DNA from: a virus | Taxonomy: Duplodnaviria > Caudoviricetes | DNA length: 64,000 nucleotides | IMG/VR virus record: IMGVR_UViG_3300025066_000007 | Direction: 5' to 3' (one strand) | Shown: piece by piece, positions 39,372 to 48,495 of the stretch | Numbering within the stretch: position 1 is the first letter of the stretch | Layout: the number at the start of each line of letters is the position of its first letter | Notes under the pieces: model-generated | Databases searched by the model: none | The model's input: the letters and a program-made list of their open reading frames with translations, nothing else | Told to the model about the DNA's origin: nothing | Position numbers and translations under genes: made by a program

Positions 39372-39694
39372 TATCTTGACTCCGCTCTTGGGGCTCCTCT
39401 TGAGTTTGAATAAACGGTAAAGTGTTCTAGAGTTGTATACTCTGTGCCATCTACGGTATACGTTATGATTGCCATATAGTCTCCTACGTCAGCAGGGATA
39501 TAATCATAGTAATATGTTCCATAATCGCTGTCTGCCTCTACCATCGTAACTGGGAAGTTTCCATCGACTGTTTTATTCGGCTTAATAAGAGAAGTAATGG
39601 TAGGAGAAATCGAACTAGTCTCAGCGATTCCTCCTTCTGTAACCTGCAAAACGATTCTGGCCGTTGCACCTAATTTATAGCTCCCCATTCCCAT
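39371..39694 (-). CDS. Small Ig-like virion protein
   Basis: 107 aa beta-rich ('GTYYYDYIPADVGDYMAIITY'), coupled to its neighbours. Confidence 0.6.
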   Translation of the reverse strand: MGMGSYKLGATARIVLQVTEGGIAETSSISPTITSLIKPNKTVDGNFPVTMVEADSDYGTYYYDYIPADVGDYMAIITYTVDGTEYTTLEHFTVYSNSRGAPRAESR

Positions 39695-40161
39695 CAGTCT
39701 GCCTCAACATAAATCGCAAATAATGAAGAATCTGCCTGGATAGCTTCTGCAAAATCAGCAGAAACAACAAATGCATTATTTGCGATTACACATTCATCGT
39801 TTATCATTTGTCCATTTAGATATATTGCCAAAGTATTTTCTCGCATTGAAGATGGAAGAGTATAAGGCCCAACTCCTTCGGGGATTATCTGAGAAGATAG
39901 ATCCGCAACAAGAAGACGGGAGTCTGAGGCCAAAATCTCTTCTGCCCTTCTGTCTATCTCTGCCATCAGAGCAGGATCATCAATCGCTCTTTTTGAAACG
40001 GAATAATTTTCATCTTCCACATATTCAGTAAACTTTACGACCTGTCCGGCAATATTCGTTTTGTAAGCAACCCTAGTGGTAACGGTCTCTCCGTCAATTA
40101 CTTCTTCTTTTGCTCTTCTTACAAATGATGTTGTTCCCACTTTTACGCTCCTCTTGAACAA
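39694..40161 (-). CDS. Hypothetical virion protein
   Basis: 155 aa. The C-terminal module 'YTLPSSMRENTLAIYLNGQ' resembles the 'QLFRNGV' module of 40243..41739. Confidence 0.6.
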   Translation of the reverse strand: MFKRSVKVGTTSFVRRAKEEVIDGETVTTRVAYKTNIAGQVVKFTEYVEDENYSVSKRAIDDPALMAEIDRRAEEILASDSRLLVADLSSQIIPEGVGPYTLPSSMRENTLAIYLNGQMINDECVIANNAFVVSADFAEAIQADSSLFAIYVEAD

Positions 40162-40178
40162 TAATAATTAGTAGCAAA

Positions 40179-40205
40179 AAGGGCCGGGGATTTTCCCCGG
40201 CCCTT
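40179..40205 (-). terminator. Rho-independent terminator
   Basis: aagggccgggga-ttt-tccccggccctt hairpin with a T-run on the minus strand. Confidence 0.8.
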
Positions 40206-40242
40206 CAATTTATTCAATTAGTTTTTGCTAATCAATGTTTGA

Positions 40243-41739
40243 TTATACAGATGTCGGAACACAAATAACCATCCAGTCGTCACCATCAAAGTCAGACGCA
40301 GTCTGCTCCCAGATCTTGAGGTCAACATCACTTCCGTTATCAATAAGGCCCCATTCACCATCAGCAGTAGGAGCTACAGACTTCATGTAAGTTCCTTGGT
40401 ACAGAACGCCATTTCTAAACAGCTGAGGACTATCCGCAAGCGGGTGATCTCCAATTAGAACAGATTCGTCTGAAAGAATTGAAGCTCCGGTTCTAACGTT
40501 AGAAGCTGGAGCTCCCAGGTCAGCAGTTAGGCCTCCTGTTACTTGGAGGAAATCAAGTTTTAGGTCGGATACGGCGGCACTGCCGTCGTAGCTTGACATT
40601 GATAGTCCAGAATCCGTAGCATCGCTTAGCGCTCCGAGTGTTCCGCCGAGTGAAACGCCAGAGATTGTGCTGTTAGCAAGCTTTGAATTCGCAATTGCAG
40701 CATCGTTAGCAATACTATCGTCTACAATTTGACCATAAGCAACATCTGTGCCGTCTGACATCAGTACGTAATCAGTGGTACCTAGAGCTAGCTCTTCAGG
40801 CGCGCCAGCGACACCGCCTCGCATAAAGCTTCCTCGGGCTCCAAAGTCTGCTAGCTTCGCAAGAGTAACCTGATTGTCAGCGATACCAGCAGTAGAAACC
40901 TGACCCCATCCGAGATCTGTTCCGTCAGATACTACCATGTAGCCAAGGGTTCCAACGCCTGAATTAGCAGGGTCACCAGAGGCATCACCATAAATGAAGG
41001 TGCCACGAGCGAGTCCGGCCATCTTGGCTAGAGTAACCTGATCATCAGCAATGTGAGCAGTATCAATGGATCCGTCTACATAATGCTCTGAATCAACTGC
41101 GTTATCCGCAAGCTTTGCTCCAGTTACAGCGTCAGCAGCTAATTCCGCAGTTCCAACTCCAAGTGCCTTTAGCTGTAGGGTATCTCCAGAAATTTCAATG
41201 CCCCAAATCCAAGGGTAAGTTTTTTTATACTTTATAATCTTGTCCCTAAATTCACTGCATGATTTTTCAAGTAATTCTTTCTCTGATTTATCAAACTTTG
41301 GGAATTCGATAAATGATCGATAAGCACAATCTACAAGGCCAAAAAAATCAGAAGAGTTAGCCGCCTCAACACAATCCGTATATATAGAAGAAAGTCTTTT
41401 GCGCTCTCTTTCTGATAATCCTGCCGGATACTTATCCGGATGAGATCCATACAAGATATCTTTATAAATTGGCTTCAATCTTTCGCTTAAAAAGCCCTTT
41501 TTGTCATCATGATTAGGCTCTCGCTCTTCGCTTACTTTTGATTCGTCACTACTCTCATGGTCAAGAGTCAATATTTTTTTGGACAAAGATGCATCACCGT
41601 TATTCAGCTTAGAAAGATCTTTCCCAGTTACAGATTGCACTTCTTTGAAAAACGAAATATAATGCTCAAAAAACAAATCCTCTACTTCCTTACATTCGTT
41701 TTTTAAATATTTAGCTTTCAAAAATATGCTTTGGTTCAT
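40243..41739 (-). CDS. Fusion of a J-domain-like (HPD) protein and a head/tail fibre-type repeat protein
   Basis: The N-terminal ~180 aa carry 'YKDILYGSHPDKYP' and end at 'KTYPWIW'. The rest is 'GVGTAELAADAVTGAKLADNAV...DDQVTLAKMA' fibre-type repeats. Confidence 0.65.
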   Translation of the reverse strand: MNQSIFLKAKYLKNECKEVEDLFFEHYISFFKEVQSVTGKDLSKLNNGDASLSKKILTLDHESSDESKVSEEREPNHDDKKGFLSERLKPIYKDILYGSHPDKYPAGLSERERKRLSSIYTDCVEAANSSDFFGLVDCAYRSFIEFPKFDKSEKELLEKSCSEFRDKIIKYKKTYPWIWGIEISGDTLQLKALGVGTAELAADAVTGAKLADNAVDSEHYVDGSIDTAHIADDQVTLAKMAGLARGTFIYGDASGDPANSGVGTLGYMVVSDGTDLGWGQVSTAGIADNQVTLAKLADFGARGSFMRGGVAGAPEELALGTTDYVLMSDGTDVAYGQIVDDSIANDAAIANSKLANSTISGVSLGGTLGALSDATDSGLSMSSYDGSAAVSDLKLDFLQVTGGLTADLGAPASNVRTGASILSDESVLIGDHPLADSPQLFRNGVLYQGTYMKSVAPTADGEWGLIDNGSDVDLKIWEQTASDFDGDDWMVICVPTSV

Positions 41740-41966
41740 TATTTTGAATATAGAATCTTCTTTAGCGATCTAATCTTGTTATCGTACTCGCAAAATTCGC
41801 TACTAAAGAAATCTATAGATAACTCTTCGGCTGTCCTCTCCAAATCCTCTAAGATAAACTGAAATCGTCCAGACTCCAGTCTCTTGGCGCTAAGAAGCTT
41901 CAGCCCCTTAAGCGTTAGATATGCGGCCAGAGCTAAGTCTGATGTTTCATAATGCGTCATTATCAC
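41739..41966 (-). CDS. Small phage protein (DUF5659-like)
   Basis: 'YETSDLALAAYLTLKG...GRFQFILED'. TAATG overlap with the next gene. Confidence 0.6.
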   Translation of the reverse strand: MIMTHYETSDLALAAYLTLKGLKLLSAKRLESGRFQFILEDLERTAEELSIDFFSSEFCEYDNKIRSLKKILYSK

Positions 41967-42004
41967 TCCTTTTATAAAAGTTAATTAAAAAATAATAGAG
42001 AAAT

Positions 42005-42496
42005 TTATTTGCTATTATTTTGTTTTTTTAAATATTTTCTATGAGAAGAACATAGTGCAGAATTCTTCGGAGCTTGTCGCTTACATCTATTGCCATCTTT
42101 CTTAGTAAATTCACATTGAATGAACTTAAATGGCAAAGCACTTTTTTTGTCATTATCATAGCTATTCTTTGCTGCGGCTAATATTTCTGGAATTATTTCT
42201 TCCATTATAATGGGAGTAAATGTTCTTTCTGTATTCTCATTTTCTTCTGGTTCGACATCTTCAAGCACAATATATGGTTCGGAATTTAACATTTCACTAT
42301 ATTGTTCAGAAGAGGACTTTAGGCCGGCCAAGTCGTCTTCGTAATCGAAAAATGTGTCGAACTTTTCGTTCCCAGGCTCCTCTTCTGCATTGGCGAGTCC
42401 AACTTCTCTTCTTGAAAAAGTTTTCGCTTGAGCACGGTCTTTGAGAGGGGTTGCCTCTATTCTTTTCTGCCTGGATTGAAGTCTCTTTGGAATCAT
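42005..42496 (-). CDS. Acidic protein with C-terminal C3H zinc-finger-like motif
   Basis: 'QCEFTKKDGNRCKRQAPKNSALCSSH'. Confidence 0.6.
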   Translation of the reverse strand: MIPKRLQSRQKRIEATPLKDRAQAKTFSRREVGLANAEEEPGNEKFDTFFDYEDDLAGLKSSSEQYSEMLNSEPYIVLEDVEPEENENTERTFTPIIMEEIIPEILAAAKNSYDNDKKSALPFKFIQCEFTKKDGNRCKRQAPKNSALCSSHRKYLKKQNNSK

Positions 42497-42579
42497 GTCG
42501 GCCCTACTTAATTAACTGTCATTGCTATCTGCTCATAACAAAATAATTAATATATAGACCGATATAAGAGGAAGGTTAA

Positions 42580-44019
42580 TCAGCAGGAAACGCTTCTATA
42601 AACCAAAGAAATTTGGCGCTTAAAATCTTTTTCAGATTTATCATTTTTCATAGAATTGCAAGTAGTGCAGCAGGGCGTGCAGTTGCTTTGGCTATAGGGT
42701 TTTGATGAATCAATTCTGTCGATCCCAACCGTGTTAATTGTGGATCCGCAATAACTGCAGGATTGCTGCCAGAATTCCTCAAACTGGGCTTTCGATAATA
42801 GGAAATCGATATTTCTTTTTTTGGCACCGCTCTTATAGTGAGCAAATTTTCCATCAACAGTACGGTGATAATCGTTCTTTGCATTTCCGGTCTTGAAGAT
42901 TCTCGGCCTTCTATTTTCTGTGATTCCATCTTCGGAGAACTGCTGAATCTTGCAGATATGAGAGAAGAAGGCTTCCGTGGATAAATCATTCTTCATATAG
43001 TTGCAATAGGTGCAACAGGGGACACAATTGTCCATTTCGTAGGATCCGCTTGAGTCGACTCTATCTATTCCAATCGTTTCTATTTCGGAATGGCAGTAAT
43101 TGCAAGGCTTCTGCCAGAAGGATTTGAATTGCTCCTCAGATAAATTGAACTCTATATTGCGAGCCTTAGCCGAAGATCTGTATGCGGAAAATCTACCATT
43201 AAATGTTTGGCCATATTTGCTTCGCCTTTTGATCTCCTTGACCCTAAAGGCTTCGTTACCATGATATTTCTTTTTATTCTTAGCAAGAATTTCTTCTCTG
43301 TTATTCTCAAATCTTACTTTTGATCTCTCTGCAATTAACTCAACGTTTTCAGCATAATAGTTTTTATAGGCACCGCGTTTGCATGGCTTACACTTTGTTT
43401 CATATCCATCACCACGACTTGCATCGCTTGAGAAGGAGCTGATGTCCAGGGTTTTTTTACACTTTGAACAAGTTTTGCTGCTTAAACGTATTATGCCTAC
43501 AGCAATTTTCCCTTGTTTTTTGGCAGCAGCCTTAGCCCTCTTTGCCTTACGGCAATCTCGACAGGAGCCCTCTAGGCCATCTTTCGTTAGTTTTGTTTTT
43601 CCAAAATCACAATATAGCTTTGCTGAATTACACTTTTTGCAAATCTTATGCCCACTCGGAGCAGAAAGATTTCTCCTTGCTGCCTTCTTTGAATTCTTTT
43701 TGTCGTTCAAAGACTTTTGGTATGCATTTCTGCAGTCTTTGCACTTATTTTCAAGACCTCCAACGATATGCTTATTCTTTCCATATTTAGAAAGTGGTTT
43801 TTCTACTTTGCAGCTATAGCAAATTTTATAGCCGTCCCTTGCGGTTGGTTTTGGATTAAGGAGTCTCTCCTTTTCCTTTTTTGCTTTATATGCATCTCTG
43901 TTTTTCTGGTTTCTGCAAATGCTGCAATCACTGCTGAGTCCGTCTTTATTGCTTTTGTTCTTTGGAAATTGATCGATAGTTTTTTCGGTCGTGCAAGTCT
44001 TGCATGTTTTTAGATTCAT
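42580..44019 (-). CDS. Free-standing HNH-like endonuclease with four zinc-ribbon repeats and two nuclease domains
   Basis: Four 'KxCxxCxxxK...DG....CxxC' repeats. Two 'CxYC...GIDR(V/I)DSS..Y...NC.PCC..CN.MKN' domains. Own SD (AAGGAG). Confidence 0.75.
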   Translation of the reverse strand: MNLKTCKTCTTEKTIDQFPKNKSNKDGLSSDCSICRNQKNRDAYKAKKEKERLLNPKPTARDGYKICYSCKVEKPLSKYGKNKHIVGGLENKCKDCRNAYQKSLNDKKNSKKAARRNLSAPSGHKICKKCNSAKLYCDFGKTKLTKDGLEGSCRDCRKAKRAKAAAKKQGKIAVGIIRLSSKTCSKCKKTLDISSFSSDASRGDGYETKCKPCKRGAYKNYYAENVELIAERSKVRFENNREEILAKNKKKYHGNEAFRVKEIKRRSKYGQTFNGRFSAYRSSAKARNIEFNLSEEQFKSFWQKPCNYCHSEIETIGIDRVDSSGSYEMDNCVPCCTYCNYMKNDLSTEAFFSHICKIQQFSEDGITENRRPRIFKTGNAKNDYHRTVDGKFAHYKSGAKKRNIDFLLSKAQFEEFWQQSCSYCGSTINTVGIDRIDSSKPYSQSNCTPCCTTCNSMKNDKSEKDFKRQISLVYRSVSC

Positions 44020-44171
44020 TTTAGCTCCTTAAGCTGCGATGCGATTTTCGCTTCAAATATATTATAAATATATTATACTCAGGTTTATGGAGAAAACGTA
44101 TTTTATTTGCAGAAAATTAGGTTGGGCCGCCGATAGTTCGCAGCAGCTGAAGGAACGATGGGTTGCAAAAG

Positions 44172-44203
44172 AAAAGGCCCCAGAGTTTCCTCTGGGGCCT
44201 TTT
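44172..44203 (-). terminator. Rho-independent terminator after the major capsid gene
   Basis: aaaaggccccagag...ctctggggcctttt. Confidence 0.85.
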
Positions 44204-44231
44204 ATCTAGTGTTTTCAGCTAGTTATGTGAC

Positions 44232-45239
44232 TTACACAGTACCAGTTGCAACGCCTCGGGGGTTAACAATACCGACTCCGATTATTTCATTCACGACCCA
44301 ACCTAATTTCAGCTGCTTCGGCTCATCAGCAGGTAGTACCTCGATGTCCTGACGGACAGGCATTACGCCGACGAACTCAGGATCCGCACAAGCGAATGCA
44401 CGGCCTGAAGGAACAACCTTGGACACAATGATGTCAGCGCCAAAGACGTGGCCGTAAAGACCGGTCTGTAGCAACTCACGCTGGGTGACGGGGTCAACCT
44501 GTGAGTTTGTGTTACCAGCAGATTCCCAGGTGAGAATGTCGGTGAACTCATTGATGTTTAGGAAGTACTTGGAGGTTACCAAGTCCCAGCGGTCAATCTG
44601 GCGCTTGAGGTTGATGAGACCGTCTTTCTCAAGTGAAGTACCAGCGGGGGATAGGTCTACAGCCGCGTTCTCACCACCCTGAGTAGAGTCACCAGCGAAC
44701 TCAAGCGCGGAGAATACGTTAGCATCCTCGTGAGCCTGAATTTCCTGACGAGCCTTCTGCTGGGCACGATCGATCACGTTGAACCGACGACGCTTGACTT
44801 CCGCGATGCGAACGGTCGGGTTTGAGACAACCTCAAACTCGGGAACGTTTACGCGGTCACCGAATACGCGTGACTCAGGAGCTGCACCGTTGCTGGAAAC
44901 AACAACAGCCGCTACATCGATATCACGGTCGTAAACCGGAAGAGCACCCTGGGGAAGCGGATCGACTACGAGAGCCTTACGCGCCACACCCTGATAGTCA
45001 AGGTTGCGACGAATCGGGTTCGCCATCGCTTGACCTAGAGCAATCTTGCCTTCTTGCGTCATTAGAGCCTGCTTGATCATCTCATCTCTCTGACCATCAT
45101 TTAGGCTAGGCGCTGCGGCCTGAGCGTTACTTGACGGCTGAAGATCTTCGATGATTGAAGCATACTTGACGATCTGTGATAGAGCCTCTTGTACGTTAGA
45201 GGCATTGATCTCACCATGTGTGTTAAATAGATTTGTCAT
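44232..45239 (-). CDS. Major capsid protein (HK97 fold)
   Basis: 335 aa with strong SD (AGGAG), GC-richer codon usage and a strong terminator. It shows the capsid-like pattern 'PIRRNLDY...FNVIDRAQQKARQEIQAHEDANVFSAL...G.VFGADIIVSKVVP'. It lies downstream of the protease/scaffold and decoration genes. Confidence 0.88.
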   Translation of the reverse strand: MTNLFNTHGEINASNVQEALSQIVKYASIIEDLQPSSNAQAAAPSLNDGQRDEMIKQALMTQEGKIALGQAMANPIRRNLDYQGVARKALVVDPLPQGALPVYDRDIDVAAVVVSSNGAAPESRVFGDRVNVPEFEVVSNPTVRIAEVKRRRFNVIDRAQQKARQEIQAHEDANVFSALEFAGDSTQGGENAAVDLSPAGTSLEKDGLINLKRQIDRWDLVTSKYFLNINEFTDILTWESAGNTNSQVDPVTQRELLQTGLYGHVFGADIIVSKVVPSGRAFACADPEFVGVMPVRQDIEVLPADEPKQLKLGWVVNEIIGVGIVNPRGVATGTV

Positions 45240-45253
45240 TTTATACTCCTAAC

Positions 45254-45889
45254 TTATCGCGGATCTAGTAGGTAGATTGCGGAAGCCTCGATGGTCTTTG
45301 CGTTACCTACAGCAGTGTTAGTGGTGGAGACAAGTGACGTATCTGCCATGTGTCCAACGAAAATTGCGACCTGAGTTGCAGTAGTAGCAGTGGTCAGGAG
45401 GCCAGCCGCATCAGCGTGAACAGCATCATTTACAGCTGTCGCACCAGAAAGCGGTGAGGCTGCATCGGTAGCAGCAGCGCCATCAACGGCGTAAAGACCA
45501 GACTGTGACCAAACGGTTACCTTGCCTGAGCCTCTCTCTGTGGTGGGGCCTACGACGACCGCGCCGTTAACAACAGTCGTCCGTCCGGCGCTGGCACCGA
45601 TGGTGCGACCGAATAGAGTTCCGTAGCCAGTGGTACCTTCATCGGCAAGACCAGATAGTTCGCCGGCTACGCGGGAACCAACATCAAACTTAACACTCGC
45701 ACGGTTTCCGGCGAGGTCGGCACCAACGAAGGGGCCTCCGCTTGAAACGTCTGCAGCATAACCTTCAGCGCCAACGGCAGTTGCGTCTAGACCAACATGC
45801 TCGCCGCCCTCAAGGGTGCCCATAGTATCATCCTCAAGATCGAACTGACCTAGCGGTCGTAATCCGGGATTTAGTAGTTTAAGAGCCAT
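45254..45889 (-). CDS. Capsid decoration/cement protein
   Basis: 211 aa, Gly/Ala/Thr-rich, immediately upstream of the MCP gene. 'GSGKVTVWSQSGLYAVD' is shared with 48496..49188. Confidence 0.6.
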   Translation of the reverse strand: MALKLLNPGLRPLGQFDLEDDTMGTLEGGEHVGLDATAVGAEGYAADVSSGGPFVGADLAGNRASVKFDVGSRVAGELSGLADEGTTGYGTLFGRTIGASAGRTTVVNGAVVVGPTTERGSGKVTVWSQSGLYAVDGAAATDAASPLSGATAVNDAVHADAAGLLTTATTATQVAIFVGHMADTSLVSTTNTAVGNAKTIEASAIYLLDPR

Positions 45890-45952
45890 TTTAAAATCTC
45901 CTTAAAGTATTTTACTTTTAAATATAAACGAAATTGCTTACATCTATCTAGG

Positions 45953-48067
45953 TTATTTGCTTCCCTTCTTCTCTAACATATTACGTACCCAAGCGTAATT
46001 AGATCTATAATTTCCAGTGGGGGCGCTCATTGCGACACCTTCACTTTGTTCTTTTTGCTCTAATCCGTTTTCTACGAGTCCTCCGTTGCCAATAGAATCT
46101 AAGATTACTACCGACTTTGGATGAGCAGAATTAACCAGTTCAGAACCAGAACCATCTGTTATGTTATAAAGAGAACCAAAATCTGTTTTGGGATTTTCCG
46201 ATTTTTCATCATACAGTCTACCTAGACCTGTAAAATACTCTCGGACTTCTTTGTCATTATTATTGAGATCCTTAACGGCATCTTTACAATAAGACTTTGA
46301 TGTTTCATCTGCTTCTTTAAACAGTGTTACATCAGTATTTTGATGATTATTAGTAGAATTAGAATTATTTGAAGATACTTTCTTAAAAGTATTTAATTTT
46401 TGAAGTCTATCTGAATCACTTGATGTTCTCAGGAACCTTTCTGGCCGCCTATCTTTCTGTTGTGCCGGAGATAGCCCTTCGCCCCTTCTTCCTAGAAATT
46501 TTCTTTTAGGGAATGCCCTAAATGGTCTGCCCATTATATACTTTCTGGCCCTAGTGTTGCCGAGTGACGTGGCGTAAAATCCATACTGGTAAATTACCTG
46601 AACAGATTTGTTTAATGCACTTTGGGGATTGGATACTTTGCTGCGTTCGTAATTATAAACCATCATTCCCGGCCCACTTGTAAAAGACCTTAAGATCGTC
46701 AAGGTCTCCGGGTGTGTAGGTAGAAGTACCCGCTCGCCTGGACTCTTCAGCCTTCCTGAGTCAAAAAATGCGAAGCTAAGTCCATCTATGGGCTCGGGAA
46801 AAATCATAAGATTACTAAATCTTGATCCTTGTAGTGCTTTGGCTAAAGCCGATGTATCTCCGGTTTCTAGATAGCGTTTTATAGCGTCTTCAGTAGTCGC
46901 TGAAGCTCCGCCGATATCTCCACGAGCTCCTGATGCTCCTGGCGCTCCGCCAACTGAGCCTGTATCGTCATCTCTCATTAGATATTTGGCGCCCATAACT
47001 CCGGCTCCTACAAGTCCTGCAAATCCTAGGATCTTTAGGAGAGATACTGCCCAACCGGCCTTCCTAATTCTGCTTAAAAGGGGTGACTTCTGAGACTTCT
47101 TTTCAAGAGCTTTGATCGACGCGATTGTATCTTCTTTTGCCCGCTGAATAGTCTTCAGGGGATCTTTCGCGGGATCCATTAACGCTTTGTTTCCAGTCTT
47201 CTTAGAAGCATCGGCAAGTGCCTTCTCCATCTCGGCTAGCTTCTTAGCTGCCATTTCGACAGATTCCTCAGAGGCCTTATACATTCTCTCTGCAGTTTCT
47301 CTAAGAATATTTTCTGCAGCTTTAGCTCCATCTTTCGGCAGATCCTTAGGGGCAGTCAACATTAGGCTATCAAGTTCATCAACTTTCTGAGTTAGAACAG
47401 TGTCTATCCTAGCTCTGCTTCCGGCAATAGCATTAGTTAGTTCTTTAAGCTGTGTAGGGTCAGCCTTTCCTTCTGCTCTTAGGCCATTCGTGACAGTGCT
47501 TGCGTACTCCCATATGTTAGTATGCTCATCAAGAATGGCGTCTATTGTGGGACCGGTCTCTTTTCCTGTTGCTCTCAGGACTCTTTTGGCAAAAGGAAAC
47601 TCTTCGGCTAGACTCTCCAGAGTTTGGCGACCCATAGGAGCACTAGGTGCAGAGCGGACTGCAACAGAAGAAGGCGACTGAACCGCAGGAAGATTTTTGG
47701 AACGTCTGTAATCAACGACCAAATCTGCTTTACTTTTTCTTGTTAGTGCGCTAAGATCTCCTCCCTCTTCCATCAGATGGTAGATCAAAGCTTTTATCTC
47801 TTCATTTCCACTTCTATATTGAGAGCCGAGAAGAGTATTGTTTCCATCTTCAAAGGCTTGCAAAATAGCCTTCACTTCTACTTCTGGGCCAATTTGCTTA
47901 AGAACCTTTGCGCCTGGGCCCGTAAGGCCCTTTATTTTTGTAAGCTTGGATCCTCCGGCCATCAACTCATCAAGGCTAGAGAATAATCCCGCCTTCTTAT
48001 TGAAGCGGTCCATCGTTTCAAAGAAAGAGTCAAGAGATGAAGTGTCAGATACTTTGTTTATTTGCAT
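45953..48067 (-). CDS. Putative internal head / DNA-ejection protein with central hydrophobic segment
   Basis: 704 aa, helical. Hydrophobic 'WAVSLLKILGFAGLVGAGVMGAKYLM' is followed by a Gly-rich linker. Several K-x-[A/S] motifs. Confidence 0.45.
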   Translation of the reverse strand: MQINKVSDTSSLDSFFETMDRFNKKAGLFSSLDELMAGGSKLTKIKGLTGPGAKVLKQIGPEVEVKAILQAFEDGNNTLLGSQYRSGNEEIKALIYHLMEEGGDLSALTRKSKADLVVDYRRSKNLPAVQSPSSVAVRSAPSAPMGRQTLESLAEEFPFAKRVLRATGKETGPTIDAILDEHTNIWEYASTVTNGLRAEGKADPTQLKELTNAIAGSRARIDTVLTQKVDELDSLMLTAPKDLPKDGAKAAENILRETAERMYKASEESVEMAAKKLAEMEKALADASKKTGNKALMDPAKDPLKTIQRAKEDTIASIKALEKKSQKSPLLSRIRKAGWAVSLLKILGFAGLVGAGVMGAKYLMRDDDTGSVGGAPGASGARGDIGGASATTEDAIKRYLETGDTSALAKALQGSRFSNLMIFPEPIDGLSFAFFDSGRLKSPGERVLLPTHPETLTILRSFTSGPGMMVYNYERSKVSNPQSALNKSVQVIYQYGFYATSLGNTRARKYIMGRPFRAFPKRKFLGRRGEGLSPAQQKDRRPERFLRTSSDSDRLQKLNTFKKVSSNNSNSTNNHQNTDVTLFKEADETSKSYCKDAVKDLNNNDKEVREYFTGLGRLYDEKSENPKTDFGSLYNITDGSGSELVNSAHPKSVVILDSIGNGGLVENGLEQKEQSEGVAMSAPTGNYRSNYAWVRNMLEKKGSK

Positions 48068-48456
48068 ATTATTTCTCGTTCTGAAATCTCATCGATAGTT
48101 CGCTCTATCTTGTAGGCTAGCTTGATATCGTTTTTGTTTATAGCTTCTTGCGCCAATAAGCGTAGCTCTTCCAAAACCTCTTCAGTTACATCATCGTCTT
48201 CTTCTTCAGCCTCAGGATCATCTGCGAGATTTGCAGCTGCCTCATCAACCTTTGCCAGGGAGTCTGCAGCACCTTTTGCCGCCTCGTTTATAGCTTTAAG
48301 GCTTTGCTCCGTTTGCTCTTCTGCGATTTTTCTATTTAAAATTTCAGCACGCTTTACTGTATCAATAACTCGTGTTTCTAGCTCTTTAAATACTTCGCTA
48401 TCATTAAAATTTGCGAGGTCTTCCTTGCTCCAAAGGTTTTTCATATCTTGCTCCAA
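48058..48456 (-). CDS. Acidic helical head-associated protein
   Basis: 132 aa. The C-terminus 'LRLLAQEAINKNDIKLAYKI' is a weak match to the shared tag. Confidence 0.65.
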   Translation of the reverse strand: MEQDMKNLWSKEDLANFNDSEVFKELETRVIDTVKRAEILNRKIAEEQTEQSLKAINEAAKGAADSLAKVDEAAANLADDPEAEEEDDDVTEEVLEELRLLAQEAINKNDIKLAYKIERTIDEISEREIICK

Positions 48457-48495
48457 GAGAATATCAATAAAAATTAAATAATTAGTAGTTTAATG

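Noticed and set aside
44100-44170. GC-rich stretch between the MCP terminator and the HNH gene as a possible small RNA or tRNA
   Set aside because: No cloverleaf or convincing stable fold could be drawn by eye.
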